Shown one piece after another: positions 49,481 to 61,880 of a DNA stretch of 64,000 nucleotides. The notes below the pieces were generated by a model, which saw nothing but the letters and a program-made list of their open reading frames with translations, was not told the DNA's origin and searched no databases. Both the position numbers and the translations under genes were made by a program. Origin of the DNA: Felis catus (taxonomy: Eukaryota); assembly GCF_018350175.1 (NCBI RefSeq), contig NC_058373.1, positions 106,084,001 to 106,148,000 on the forward strand, in the 5' to 3' direction. The number at the start of each line of letters is the position of its first letter. The first letter of the stretch is position 1.

Positions 49481-51158
49481 TGTTTAAAACTTGAAACATA
49501 TTTTCCACTAGATATCATGTTTAAAATGATAGCCATGTTCTCAAGTTTAGCTTACAAAGTGCTGTCAGACTATTCAGTAGTCCTATTGTAGTAAACAGTC
49601 CTAGTTTATATGGAAAATAAAAGAAGTGTTAAAGTTTGACACCTCCTTTGCCCTTCCTCTAGCTTCCCAGTACCCTTTGCTTCCCCAGGTCTCCCCTAGG
49701 GATCTCTCTCCAGCTACTCCCCCCAGACGCTAATGCCCTCAGCTTCCATGCAGCAAAACTACATCAGGGGATCATTAAAAGATGAAGATATCAAGTCTCA
49801 TCTCTTACATAGAAATTTCTAGAAGTAGGGCCAATGAACCTGCATTTTAGCTAGCTTTTTTTACACACTGATCCTTTTACACACTGAGGTTTGAGAGTCA
49901 CCGCCATTAAGTGTTTTGGATTCTAATTTCCTACTTCCATCTCTGCCACAAAGCCAAATTTCTCTTCACTCAGGCTGGCTGATCTTAGCTGGAGTGAAAA
50001 TGAAGGCAATAAATTAATGTGAGTTTGCTGAAGATTTAGCTTACGTTGTCCTCAGGGACAATGTTCTTTTCTCTCTTTATGGAAGCTCCTGATCAAAAGA
50101 TAATCATTTTTAACTACTAGGTATATTTCTCTTCAGATAGAGAAATTTGGAGGAGGGGGATTTGGAATTATTATATATAGAGATTTTCATCTTTTAAAAA
50201 AATCCATAAACGTACTTTTTAACCTTTAGGTATTTTATGACAGCAGAACTTTTAATGACTACCTAATATTTTAATCTTATGAATTTGAAAAGTTCCCTAT
50301 CTGTTAACCATTTATCACTATTATAAAGCAAGGCTCTGGTGAATATTCTTCAATATAAGTCTTTGCCAGAATCTCTCATTTTCCCTTGGCGTTCATTTCT
50401 GGAAATAGAATTCATAGGTTCTCGCTACAGATTGCCAAAATGCCCTCCGGAAAGGATTGTACCCGTTTACACTCCCAGCATCTGAGTGTGAGTATCCCCT
50501 TCTACTAACCACACCATCATCAACATTGAGTCATCTCAGGATTAGAAAACTTTTAGGCACATTTTTTTTTTTTTTTAATTTGGAGTGATCCAAGCTGTGA
50601 CTTCAAAGAACAAAGGGACAGGGAAGAGAGATAAATGAGAGTTGTGGGCAGAGCCCTGGAGGGGGTGAATCGGGAGCTGGCTGTATGGTACAGGGACTTG
50701 GTGACTGTCAGTCTGTCTGAGTCTCAGTGAACCACACCCATGGGGAGGCTGAGTGGATCATGAAGCCACAGTCCAGGCAGAACGACGCACCGGGAGGTGC
50801 CTCTCCTACATTTCCAGGCGGTTACTAAACAGTGATTTGGACATATCAATTTGGATAAAAATTACACAAGGCAAGATTAAAACTCAGATTCCTAGGTCCG
50901 CCCAAGGATCCTGACTCAGTTAGCATGAGGTAGTACATAGGAACTTATATTTTTATTTAGAACCCTGTGTGGGCTCAACATAGGTGGCTGGGGACCTCAC
51001 TTGAAGACATATTAAACTGAAGGAGAGGAAGAACATCTCTGGCGTGTCAACCCTGTAAACCCAAGTTTATTTTGTCTCCAGAAACGACTCCAGTATTGCT
51101 CTTTCCAAGGGGAATCTACTCTGAACAGCTCCACAATAGTCTAATGATTCTGTTGTAT

Positions 51159-51380
51159 TTTTTTTAAATTTTTTTTTCAACGTTTATTTATTTTGGGGAC
51201 AGAGAGAGACAGAGCATGAACGGGGGAGGGGCAGAGAGAGAGGGAGACACAGAATCGGAAACAGGCTCCAGGCTCTGAGCCATCAGCCCAGAGCCTGACG
51301 CGGGGCTCAAACCCACAGACAGCGAGATCGTGACCTGGCTGAAGTCGGACGCTTAACCGACTGCACCACCCAGGCGCCCC
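51159..51380 (-). mobile_element. Young felid SINEC_Fc
   Basis: CpG-retaining, ...gaagtcggacgcttaaccgactgcaccacccaggcgcccc; TSD tctgttgtat at 51149-51158 / 51381-51390. Confidence 0.95.
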
Positions 51381-51951
51381 TCTGTTGTATATTTTTGAAA
51401 AGGACATCTGTCCTCCAAGGCAGAGCTCCTTGAATGATATTCTTCAACTGGCCTACCTTGCGGTCTGGCACTGGGGCTGGATTTCTTCAGCTGTACGCAG
51501 TTCTGGTTTGTAAGCCTTCACTGGTCTTCTTTCTCTCTCCAGCCTCATGCACAAGCCCTAACCTTGTTTGGTGCTAGGTTGGCGCTAACTAGAGAGTGGT
51601 TACAGCAAATGCTGGCATAGACTTCCAAGGGCACACTCATTTGTGGTATAAAAGCAGTCTGTGAAAGTAGGCTGCAGCATGTAGAGCCAGGGACCAAGGA
51701 CCTTTTGACATCCTGCGGAAAGGGTCCCCAGGCCTGGTCCAGCCCATGCAATACTGCGAAGAGGGAGAAGAGAATCTACATTAGCATCCAGGCTCCACAC
51801 TGCCAGCTTCGATTACCATCTAAATGCGTGCTTAAAGGGGCTCTGTCAACATTGCTCAGATCTGAAGATGAGTTCAAAGAAGATAAAAAGAGTTTGCGGC
51901 ACTGACTTATAAAACAAGCCTTAACCCCAGGCAATGTAGGTAGTTACCCAC

Positions 51952-52325
51952 TGTGATGGGCTGAACTGCATCTCATCAAAATTCATATGTTAAAGACCTG
52001 ACCCCCAGTACCTCCGGAAGTGACTGTATTTGGAGATAAGGTCTTTAAAGACCTTAAATTAAGGTTAAATGAGGTCACTAGGGTGGGTCCTAATCCAACA
52101 GGATCGGTGTCCTTATAAGAGATCAGGACACAGAGGCACTCGGGAAAGACCATGGGAAGATGGCGGGTGAAGGCAGCCATCTACAAGGAGCCAAGAAGAG
52201 GAGCCTCAGAAGAAACAAGCCTGCTGACACCTGGATCGCGGACATCTAGCCTCCAGAATCATGAGAAAATTCTGTTTAAGCCACTCAGTAAGCACTTTGT
52301 TATGACAGCAGAGCAAACGAATACA
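51952..52325 (+). mobile_element. MLT1A/B-like MaLR solo LTR, near full length
   Basis: Starts tgtgatgggctgaa, ends aataca; internal gtgactgtatttggagataaggtcttta...gggtgggtcctaatcca...cctgctgacacctggatc. Confidence 0.85.
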
Positions 52326-52432
52326 CTATAGTATGATTTCAATAAATCTTTCCCCCGTTGGTCCCTGGAATACTTCCATTAAAAACCGGTGGTCCTTTGG
52401 CTTTGGCTGGTCCGTTTAATCATTTCTTACTT

Positions 52433-52626
52433 CGTTTTAAATATTTATTTATTTTGAGAGAGGGAGAGAAGGTGAGAGAGAGTGGGTGAGGGGCAGAGAA
52501 AGGGAGAGAGAGAATCCCAACTAGGCTCTGCACTGCAGAATGAAGGGCTCATTCCCATGAACCGTGAGATCATTACTTGAGCTGAAATCAAGAGTCACTT
52601 AACCAACTAAGCCACCCAGGCGCCCT
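52433..52626 (-). mobile_element. Can-SINE
   Basis: atttatttattttgagagag...gccacccaggcgccc; duplicate tttcttactt at 52423-52432 / 52630-52639. Confidence 0.9.
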
Positions 52627-52757
52627 TAGTTTCTTACTTGATATTAATCATACACACACACTCACACACAGTATTTGTTGTTCCTTCCGGACCAGGCAGC
52701 AGCTGGCTTACTCATCTCTGTTGTCTTAGGCAACATATCAGGACCTCAATGTAATGG

Positions 52758-53130
52758 AATTCAACAAACATTTATTAAGTCCTTACTATATTCCAGACAT
52801 GCTAAGTGATAGTGACTGTAAAATAGAAGATGTAATCCTTGTATCTGAGATACTCAATGTCTGGGGAGGGAGAACCATGCACAGTTTCCAGGCTGTGATG
52901 GAGATAGCTTTAGGAGGATAGACCTGGAAATGGCTGACTATGCCTGAGGCAGCTGGGGAGGCTTCGTGGCAAAGGTAAGATTGAAAGGATGAGTAGAAGG
53001 TTTCCAGAGAAGGAAGAGGGAAATTCTGACTAAAAGAAACGATAGGTACCCAACCACAAGAGTATCAAACAAAATATGTTTGGGAATGATGAGAACTTCA
53101 GTGGGGCTCAAGGGTAGGGTTGTTTGGAGA
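52758..53130 (-). mobile_element. L2 remnant
   Basis: ttcaacaaacatttattaagtccttactatattccagac... followed by purine-rich degenerate L2 body. Confidence 0.7.
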
Positions 53131-54221
53131 AAGTCAAGTGGTAACACATACCGTCCTCAGGATGGTGGGACAGGAGAAAAAAACACTCTGCTTAGCACAT
53201 GTCGGTCAGGAGGGTTCTTCAGTCTCCTCAGACTTTTTCAGCATCTGTGGAGCAAGTGGACAATTGCCAACCAGAAGCAGCCAACGCCACTCCCGTGCGT
53301 TTGGCTTCACAGACACAGGGAGCCCAGCAGAAAGGCAAAGTCCTATGTCTCACTTTCAAGCAATCTGTTCTCAGACCCCAGTCTCCCCTTCAAGAGAGCT
53401 GGAAAGTAACCAAAATCAGAGAGAAAGCTTAAGCTACCCCCTAACATCTGCTCAGGAGAACATGCTGTCTTTTTTGCTGTCCTTGGGTCCAAGGATCAGT
53501 CAGCTTGTCAGAAATCCTAATGGCGTCCCTACTCCTTTCTGTGTGGTCACACCAGAATCTGTGTGTTTTGGCAAATAACTGATATTCTTCCTATTTATAG
53601 ACTATTTCCCATGTTATTCACTTACGGGGTTTCTGTGGTCCAGCATTCTGTCCAGTCCCAGCTGGCTGGGAGCGTGTAACAGTCATTAACACTACAGCTG
53701 CTCATTTTATGGTCTCCGTGGACAGCCTGTTGTTAAATGTTCCTAGATAAGTTTAAAACTGCTGGTGTTAAGACACATATATCCAGCTGGGTAAAAATGC
53801 TTATTTATGTTAAGTGCCTTTCACAATTAATATGAAAGCCAAAATTAAAAGTTCCCCTTTTTCCAAATGATAAACTATTCATTTTTACCTTTGCAAGATA
53901 CAGAACAGTAAAAAAAAAAAAAAAAAAAAAAAACTTCTTGAAAAAGTGTTTCCTGACTGAGCTCAGCCAAAGCAAAATCTTTTATTAAAGTAAATGGACC
54001 AGGGGACTGCGCCAAGAACCAAATATCTTTTTCTTCTGTATCTCGTCTTTCTCCTTATAATCCGTTTTTGAGAAAGAGAAAGCTTGGTAGATGTCTATTC
54101 AAATGTTGAATTTCCCCTTTCAAACAGAATTTTTAGCAGCTTATGTAATGATTAACTAGCATCTCCTCATCCCATAATAATCCTAGATACCATTTTGAGT
54201 GCTTCCTAAAATAACAGCTTT

Positions 54222-54420
54222 TTAAAAGTCTTTTTTTCCCCCTTCAATGTTTATTTTGAGAGAGGGAGAAAGAGAGAGGGAGAGAGAGAGAGAGAATCCC
54301 AAGCAGATTCCACTGTCAGCACAGAGCCTGACACGGGCGCAAACCCACGAAACATGAGATCATGACCTGAGCCAAGATCAAGAGTTGGACACTTAATCAA
54401 CTGAGCCACCCAGGTGCCCC
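54222..54420 (-). mobile_element. Can-SINE inserted at the tail of an old L1
   Basis: ...ctgagccacccaggtgcccc; TSD aataacagcttt at 54210-54221 / 54421-54432. Confidence 0.92.
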
Positions 54421-54965
54421 AATAACAGCTTTATTGAGATAGAATTCACATACCACACAATTCACATGATTGAAGTGTACCATTCAATGGCTTTGAGTAT
54501 ATTCGTGAAATTGTGCAATCAGTACCACAATGCATTTTAAAACATTTTCATCACTCCAAAGGGAAACTCCATACCCATTGGCAGTTACTTCTCATTTCTC
54601 CCCACTTCCTTCCCCTCCAACCCTAGGCAACCACTACTTTCTATGTCTATAGATTTGCCTATTCTGGATATTTATTGCCTATTCATATGCATGGACTTCT
54701 ACAATAGATGGTCTTTTGTGTCTGGCTTCTTAGCATTTTTTCATGGTTCATCCACGTTGTAGAATGTGTCAGTGTTTAATTCCTTTTTATTGCTAAGCTT
54801 ATTGCCGAATATTCAATTACATGGACATACCACTTTTGTTTACCCGCTCATAAGCTGATGAACATTGGGTTGTTGCCACTTTTTGATTGTTATGAATAAT
54901 GCAAAAGTTTTTGTGTGGACATGTGTTTTCATATATTTCACATGAAGTGGGACTGTGGGATCATA
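54421..54965 (-). mobile_element. L1MB-like 3' end fragment
   Basis: cagctttattgagatagaattcacatacc...ccctaggcaaccact...gatttgcctattctggata...ggtcttttgtgtctggcttct. Confidence 0.82.
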
Positions 54966-56242
54966 TCAATTTGCTTGTCAGTGTTAAAGGAAGACACCTT
55001 TAGATTTCATAACTAATGAACATAGGGGAAGGTATTTGTTAATGTTGCTCTCATAGGCATAGAAAGGAGTCCATTTTGTTGCCAACGTCACTACATAAAT
55101 CTCTGACCAAAACAAGAACTGCATAATTACTCCACTCTGACTTACTGAAGACAAGTCAGCTAGTCAGTAACCATGTCTACTGATTATCTAAGAAGGCATA
55201 TATGTTATTCAGATGTACAAACCACACAAACCAGATGTTCAATGTCAAAAGTGAAGCTTTCAATAAGACGTATTCCTCCTTTGTGTCATATCCAGTTGCT
55301 TAGTTGCTAGGTAGAATACTGTGATTTCCAGAAAAGACACAGGGACTGTAACATAGGGACATTTTGCCTTGATTTTTCCAACACTAGTGTCGCATCTTTT
55401 CTGTTTATCTGTGGGACAACGCATTTCAGCACTGAGCAGGTAGAACGTGCCGAGACTTGTGTCCAGTGCAGGGGGGTAAAATATGACTTAAGACGTGGCC
55501 ACTGCCCTCACAACGCCCACCAATGATGAGCTTGCCAATCATTACTGCCAGGTACATATTACTGCGTGACTGTTGAAATGATGGACAAACTGCCACCGGT
55601 TGGGACATCAGGAGAGACCTCAAGGAAGAGGTGGCATTTGACATCTGTCTTGGAGGATAAGATTTTGATATGCAAATGTTATGTGTAGAAGATACTGCAG
55701 AAATTCACATGAAGGAAACTACATGAATAGAGGCATATACAGTGTAGGGTGTATTTGTGGAGTTTAGATTTAAATTTTCTCAGTGCTCCCTACTAACCAT
55801 AATACTTGGGACAATTTACCTAAATTTCTGAAGACGCAGTTTCTTCCTATGCAAATGGGCAAAATAATGCCATTATATGGGTTAAGGATTAAATGGCATA
55901 ATATGTTTTAAATGTCCATCACAGTGTCTAAAAAAAGTGTTCATTAAAATGTTGGCTTTGGGTGCCTTGGTTGGAATATAGGTAGGGACAAAGGAGCAGA
56001 AAGTAGGTTGGATCCATAACGCAGTGAGCCTTGATGTGGGATGAGAACTTAGAACTTAAATCCCTAAGCAAAAAGAAATTGTAAAGATTTTGGAGCAGGC
56101 AAGCCCCATCATTGGACTTGGCCTTGGGCAGGAACATGTAAGATGGGATACAACTGGCTACTCTTTAGAAGGTGTTGCCATAGTCCTAAGGAAAGGTAAT
56201 GAGGACCTGAGATGAGGCGGGAGGTATAGAAATTTAAATGAA

Positions 56243-56496
56243 AGGCGCCTAGGTGGCCCAGTCGGTTAAGTATCTGACTCTTAGTTTCAGCTCAGGTCAT
56301 GATCTCACGGTTTTGTGGGTTCGAGCCCTGCATCGGGCTCTGTGATGGCAGCACGGAGGCTGCTTGGGATTCTCTCTCTCCCTCTCTCTGTCTGCTCCTC
56401 CCCACTCACGCTATCACTGTCTCCGTCTCTCTCCAAAAAAGAAAAGAAGAAAAAGAAAAACAACAACAACACACTTAAATAAAAAATTAAAAATAA
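56243..56496 (+). mobile_element. Can-SINE within an L2-like region (~55985-56900)
   Basis: ggcgcctaggtggcccagtcggttaag...; TSD agaaatttaaatga at 56228-56241 / 56497-56510. Confidence 0.92.
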
Positions 56497-57144
56497 AGAA
56501 ATTTAAATGAGTTCATTAGAAAGGCTTCATAAAGGCAGACTATATAGAATACAGCAACTGCTTACATTTTGGAGGCAAAAGAGAAGCCAATGTTTTTGAG
56601 CCTGTGTCTCTGAGTAGACAGTAATGTCATTAACCAAGATGAATGAGTTCAGAGGAAAGCCAATGAGTTCCACTTTGGCTCCGAGGAGTTGGAGGTATCT
56701 GTGAGAGACTAGTGTGAAGCTCTCTGACAGACTAGTGGAATGGGGGCCACAGCATGGGAAGAGAAGTCCATTCTAGAGTTTCTGGAGCTATCTGCCAAGA
56801 ACTGCTGATAGAAGTGAGGGGGAAGGTGACACAGATCTTCACAGGAGAGTGAAGATTGCCATAAAGAAGAAGAGAAATCAGAGCCGAGGAGAGTGGGATG
56901 AAACCAGTCCTGCATACCTCAAGGAGTTACCAGCAGGAAAATCCTTCCCAAGCTGTCAAGCATCACAAAGACTCAGATGAGAAGCAGAGGAATGAACAGC
57001 TGCCATGGAGAAGGTCCCAGGGAGTCCCGTCCTGAACCAATGGTACAACGGTGATTTTTTTGATAGTTCTGATAAACAGTCAAATGAAACAATCACACTG
57101 CTAGTCCTTGGATAGGATATAATAGCAAAGGATTCCTTAAACCA

Positions 57145-57175
<31 letters not shown>

Positions 57176-59538
57176 TCAAAAGAATTGCTCCCGTATGCTT
57201 CAGATAAGTGTGCTGGTAATTCTAACTGCTTTTTGGAATCTGCACTTTCAGCCATGTTTCCAAATTAGGTAATGATGCTTGGCGGCTTTTATGACAAGGC
57301 ATTGGTATAGGACTCAGTAGTTCCCCCACTGTCCCTGTCTTTGGTGGAGACAATTTCCAGAATAAACTTATTTTCTCTGTCACACGTTTTGCATCAGGTC
57401 TTCAAAGTATAAACAGCTCCACAGTTTAAAGTTAGTAATCAGTCAAGGGATGATGGCTTGTTGATGACATCTGCCTTTTAAGTTCTAGTGAAATCTTGAT
57501 GTCTCCCCAGATGTTCATTTGGCAGTTCAGACCCCGAGGCTGGAGGAAGTCAAGGGACCATAATGACAGGAGGTCAAACACTCAACACCTGTAATCACAA
57601 TGGTTTCTCACAAGGACCTTGAGAGGTAATTACTCTCTCTCAAATTTTCAGGCAAGGAAACGGTGACTAAGAAAAGTTAAAGTTGACCAAGGTCAAAATC
57701 TAGTAAGGGGCCAACCTAGAAGTTTAACCTACGTTTGTCTAACTCAAGTGTTTTTCCCACTAAATAACTTCTGCCTGGCGTGTTGAACTTCTGCCTACAG
57801 TGTTCACTACGGTCCCTGATGCAACAATTCTCAGACTCTTCAAGTGATAGAGTAGCTGCGACTCATGACATTGGATTTTTTCCCCCTTAAGTCATTTAAC
57901 ATTTTACCATTTTATGCTATATTCACCATCCCATAGATTTTCTGGATACCTTTTATTTTCAAATGCCTCTATAATTGAATTAAAGAAAACTACACCTATT
58001 TCAGCTTAATTTTATTTCCTTTGCCCTTCTTAGACGAATCTGTAATGAGAGGAGGGTTAAAATAAACCTCACCAATGAAAAAGTGAGTCTCAGATAGCAT
58101 TTATTATATAGACGCCATTTCATAACCAGGATTGCAGAAGTGAAAAGATAAATTTGAAAATATTTAGCAACAACAAAGCTCTATCCTAAACATGTGAGAA
58201 TTACTAATAGTTGTATATTTGAGTGTCTCAAGGATAATGCAAATATAACAGCCATTTTGTACAAAATAAATGGCATCTCAGAGTAAGCTAAGAATTCATG
58301 TGTAAATTAACTTAGGAATTTAATAGCTTTTATCCTTCCCCCAAACAATATGCTAAAAAAAACTCACTTGCCCTAGGGAAGTACATACACAGTAAAGCAT
58401 GCCTAGTGAGGTCTGCAATTTTACTAAAATAAATCACTACTTGCCAACATTAAGGGGAAACAGTAATTTATAGGTCTGTAGTAAATACAAGTTTTTAAAC
58501 TTATGGTATGTCCTAGGGGAAAACTACCCCCATACAAATGCATTTACAAGAAAAAAAAAAACTGGAAAGATTCAGAAGCCTGGGCACTTAGTATATTTTG
58601 CAGTGGCATAATATTTTATTGCCATCATTATTTGCCTAAGTTAAAGTGCTTATCAGACTTGATCTCAACCCTAAGAAAAGTTAAAGTAGTAAAAAAAAAA
58701 AAAAAAAGTGGCATTCAAAGCAGACCCATCTCATTAAAACAATAGTCCTTCTAAAGTTTTCTGCGTTCTTTATCAATCACACATCTCAGAAAACAGTTTC
58801 TTGCCTAAAATAAATAAGAAATTAAAATATACAGATTTATAAGCCATTTGACAAGGGTAATTTGTAAATTGGGCCTAAGGATGAGCCTTCATGTTTTATT
58901 TAGATTGTGCGCTCACATAGAGCTGTGCGTTTCTGTACATCACCCCTGCCTGAGTTCCACTTCATTGTCTCGCCAGCCTAGGCCCAAGGTCCTCCATGTT
59001 AAACCCCCTCTTGCTGATATCCACATCTCCCTTGAGCTCCTGGCAAACTTCTTCCTTGGATTAATTCCATTGTCTGACTTTTCAATGCCTCACAAAGGGC
59101 TGCTATGCCCTAATAGTATAAAACAAACAAAGAACACACCCAGTCATGTGGATTAGCGCCACCTCAAATTCCTGTTGCCTGCGTGCCCCCCTTCCCTGGG
59201 CCTCAGCTCTGTCCCACAAGATGCCTTCTGTCCCCACCAGGCAACCTTCTCTACCATCCTCTTCAGAAGCTTTTGCAAACCTCCTCTTCCTCCCTCAGAC
59301 CCCATCACCTCCCACATCCTGTGTTCTCGGTACCTCCCGACTCAAACGTTTATCCTTCCTTTCATTTCAAGGAACAACTTCTTTCTCAGGAAACTTGCTC
59401 CGTTACTATCACTCTGGTCTGAGTACTGTCTCTCTCTTTCTTGACTGAGTCTTTTCCTTAGCAGACACAGACTCTTCTGTCCAAAAGAGTCTATCCCCAG
59501 CACCTCTCTGGTCTACTCTTTGGGCTGACAGCCCTTTA

Positions 59539-59765
59539 TTTTTTTTTATTTTTTTTTTCTCAACGTTTTTATTTATTTTTGGGACAGAGAGAGACAGAGC
59601 ATGAATGGGGGAGGGGCAGAGAGAGAGGGAGACACAGAATCGGAAACAGGCTCCAGGCTCTGAGCCATCAGCCCAGAGCCTGACGCGGGGCTCGAACTCA
59701 CGGACAGCGAGATCGTGACCTGGCTGAAGTCGGACGCTTAACCGACTGCGCCACCCAGGCGCCCC
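59539..59765 (-). mobile_element. Young felid SINEC_Fc
   Basis: Near-consensus, CpG-rich; perfect TSD tgacagcccttta at 59526-59538 / 59766-59778. Confidence 0.96.
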
Positions 59766-59862
59766 TGACAGCCCTTTAAATGTAGGTAGTTTCAGATTCT
59801 TTCCAAGGCTCTCCTCTTCGTGACTCTATACTTTCCTTGGGGACCTATATTCACCCTACAAC

Positions 59863-60413
59863 ATCCAGGGTCCAGTCAGGAAACGGAACCACACCAGTTA
59901 TTTTAACCAAGAGAAATTAATATAAAGAATTGTTAACTGGGCATAAAGTTGTTAATGAGGTAACTGAAAGGGTGAAAAGAGAACTCTTAAGATATCACAG
60001 AGATATGGCACCAGCAGGAAGCAACTGCACCTCTAGGGCTGAAGGAACAAAGGAAAAGGCTGAGTTTATTAAAACCAGAACTCAGAGAAAGTTCCTGTGG
60101 GGTGGGACCCAGACCTCAGGGAGGGGGTGTAGCTGCATGTTGAAGTGTCTCTAAGTGGGGAGAAGGAGAAGAAGGTTCTGCAAGTGTTAGACAAACAACA
60201 CACTGGATCCTGAAATGAACAGTTGCTGGAGTGCAGAAGCGAGGTCAAGGGTGCTCATACCCCTCCCTTCTCCAGTTCCGAGGCTCCCTCTGTTGGCAGC
60301 GATTAAGAAGGAGGCAACCGGCAAGGCAGAAATGTGATTTTCCAAGTCCCAGCTCCAGTATCTGAACATGAGCACAGAGAGTGAATTTGGATTGAGAGAT
60401 AGAAATTGGCACA
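59863..60413. mobile_element. Old ERVL/MaLR-type LTR remnant (subfamily uncertain)
   Basis: cagggtccagtcaggaaac...accacaccagttattttaac...gaattgttaac ... ends aattggcaca. Confidence 0.6.
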
Positions 60414-60421
60414 ACCCATCA

Positions 60422-60669
60422 GGGCGCCTGGGTGGCTCTGTCTGCTAAGCATCCGACTCTTAATTTCGGCTCAGGTCATGGTCTCACAGTTGAAAGATGG
60501 GGCCCTGCATTGGGCTCTGCACTGAGCATGGAGCCTGCTTAAGATTCTCTTTCTCCCTCTCTCTCTGCCCCTCCCTCATTCATGTGCTCGCTCTCTCTCT
60601 CTCTCTCTCTCTCTGAAATTATTAAAGGAAGGGAGGGAGGCAGGTAAGGAGAGAGGGAGGGAGGAAGGA
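60422..60669 (+). mobile_element. Can-SINE whose tail has become a (GGGA/GGAA)n purine tract
   Basis: gggcgcctgggtggctc...(CT)n; flanking duplicate agaaattggcacaac at 60401-60415 / 60670-60684. Confidence 0.9.
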
Positions 60670-61155
60670 AGAAATTGGCACAACTCCATAGCCTCAAAAA
60701 CTATAAGAGGATTCAAAAACCTATTTCCCTTGCCCAAGCCTCTCTTGTGCCCCAGACTCATTCAGCGAACCCCCTGTCGGAGTATTTACATGGATGCCCC
60801 ATAATTGCTTCAAACTCAACATATTCTAAATTGCTCTCATCCTCCTTCTCCTTCCTGAGCCTGTCCCCTCTTCCACCCTGCCTTCCCCAGCTGAATAAAT
60901 ACCACCATAGTGTATGTGTGGAATATATAAGGGTTACTTCACCGTTGACACCCCTGTCCTTTACCATCCACACTGAATCAGTCCTCAGAGTCCTTCCACT
61001 TCCCTTACGGTCTCTCAGGTCAATTCCCTCCTCCCCATCGCCACTTTTAGTCTACACCCTCGTCATTTCTTACTGGATTAAGGCATTGTCTCCTAACTAG
61101 TCTCACTTCAAAATTAAATTCTTTTTTTTGGCTTGACTTAGAAAGCTCTCCAGTC

Positions 61156-61341
61156 TTTTTTGGTTTTTTTTGAAAGAATGCATATGAGCAGGGGAGGGGC
61201 GGAGAGAGGGAAAGAAAATCCCAAGCTGAACTCTGCACTGTCAGCATAGAGCCCAGTGCAGGGCACAACCACACCAATGAGATCATGACCTAAGCTGAGA
61301 TCCAGAGTCAGACGCTTAATGGACCGAGCCACCCGTACCCC
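61156..61341 (-). mobile_element. Can-SINE
   Basis: T tail...gagatcatgacctaagctgagatccagagtcagacgctta...; TSD gaaagctct(c/t)cagtc at 61141-61155 / 61342-61356. Confidence 0.9.
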
Positions 61342-61687
61342 GAAAGCTCTTCAGTCCTAATTCCCATTTCTGCTTCAACTCCCCACCCCTCTTGCTCAGT
61401 GCAACCAAAATTCAAGTACACTGCCCCTCTTACTTTTGTTCCGCCTTGCACCATTCCCCCTCGCCTCTGCATGCTCGCACATCCCATTTCCCGTTCTGGG
61501 CTAATCTTTCTATTTCCTACTTCTGACTCTTTGCCATTCCAACTCCTTCCCATCCTCCATGACTGAACACAAGCTTTGACTCCTAGGAGATTTCTCTCCA
61601 TCTCAGCCCCCACACCTAACCCATCTGTTAGTGTCTCTCCTGTGAGCCCCCATAACCCATTTGCGTTTCTTCTTGGTGGTATTGCTG

Positions 61688-61880
61688 AATGGTTTAGCAT
61701 GACGGCTCTGGAGCCAATGGTCAATTCCCAGCATTTCACCTTGCTACCTGTGTGACTTTGGGAAAATTATGTAACCTTCCCACCCTTCGGTTCCCAAGTA
61801 TGTAAACTGGGGCTTCTAATAGTACCTTCCTGACAGGCGGTTATGAAGATTAAGTGAGATGATATTTGTAAATGCCCAAC
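61688..61880 (+). mobile_element. MIR remnant
   Basis: ggctctggagcca...ctgtgtgactttgggaaaattatgtaacct...tgtaaactgggg...tgaagattaagtgagatgatatttgtaaa. Confidence 0.75.

Noticed and set aside
52405..52414. ggctggtccg, like the 5' end of Y RNAs
   Set aside because: Only 10 nt match and the following sequence does not continue as a Y RNA
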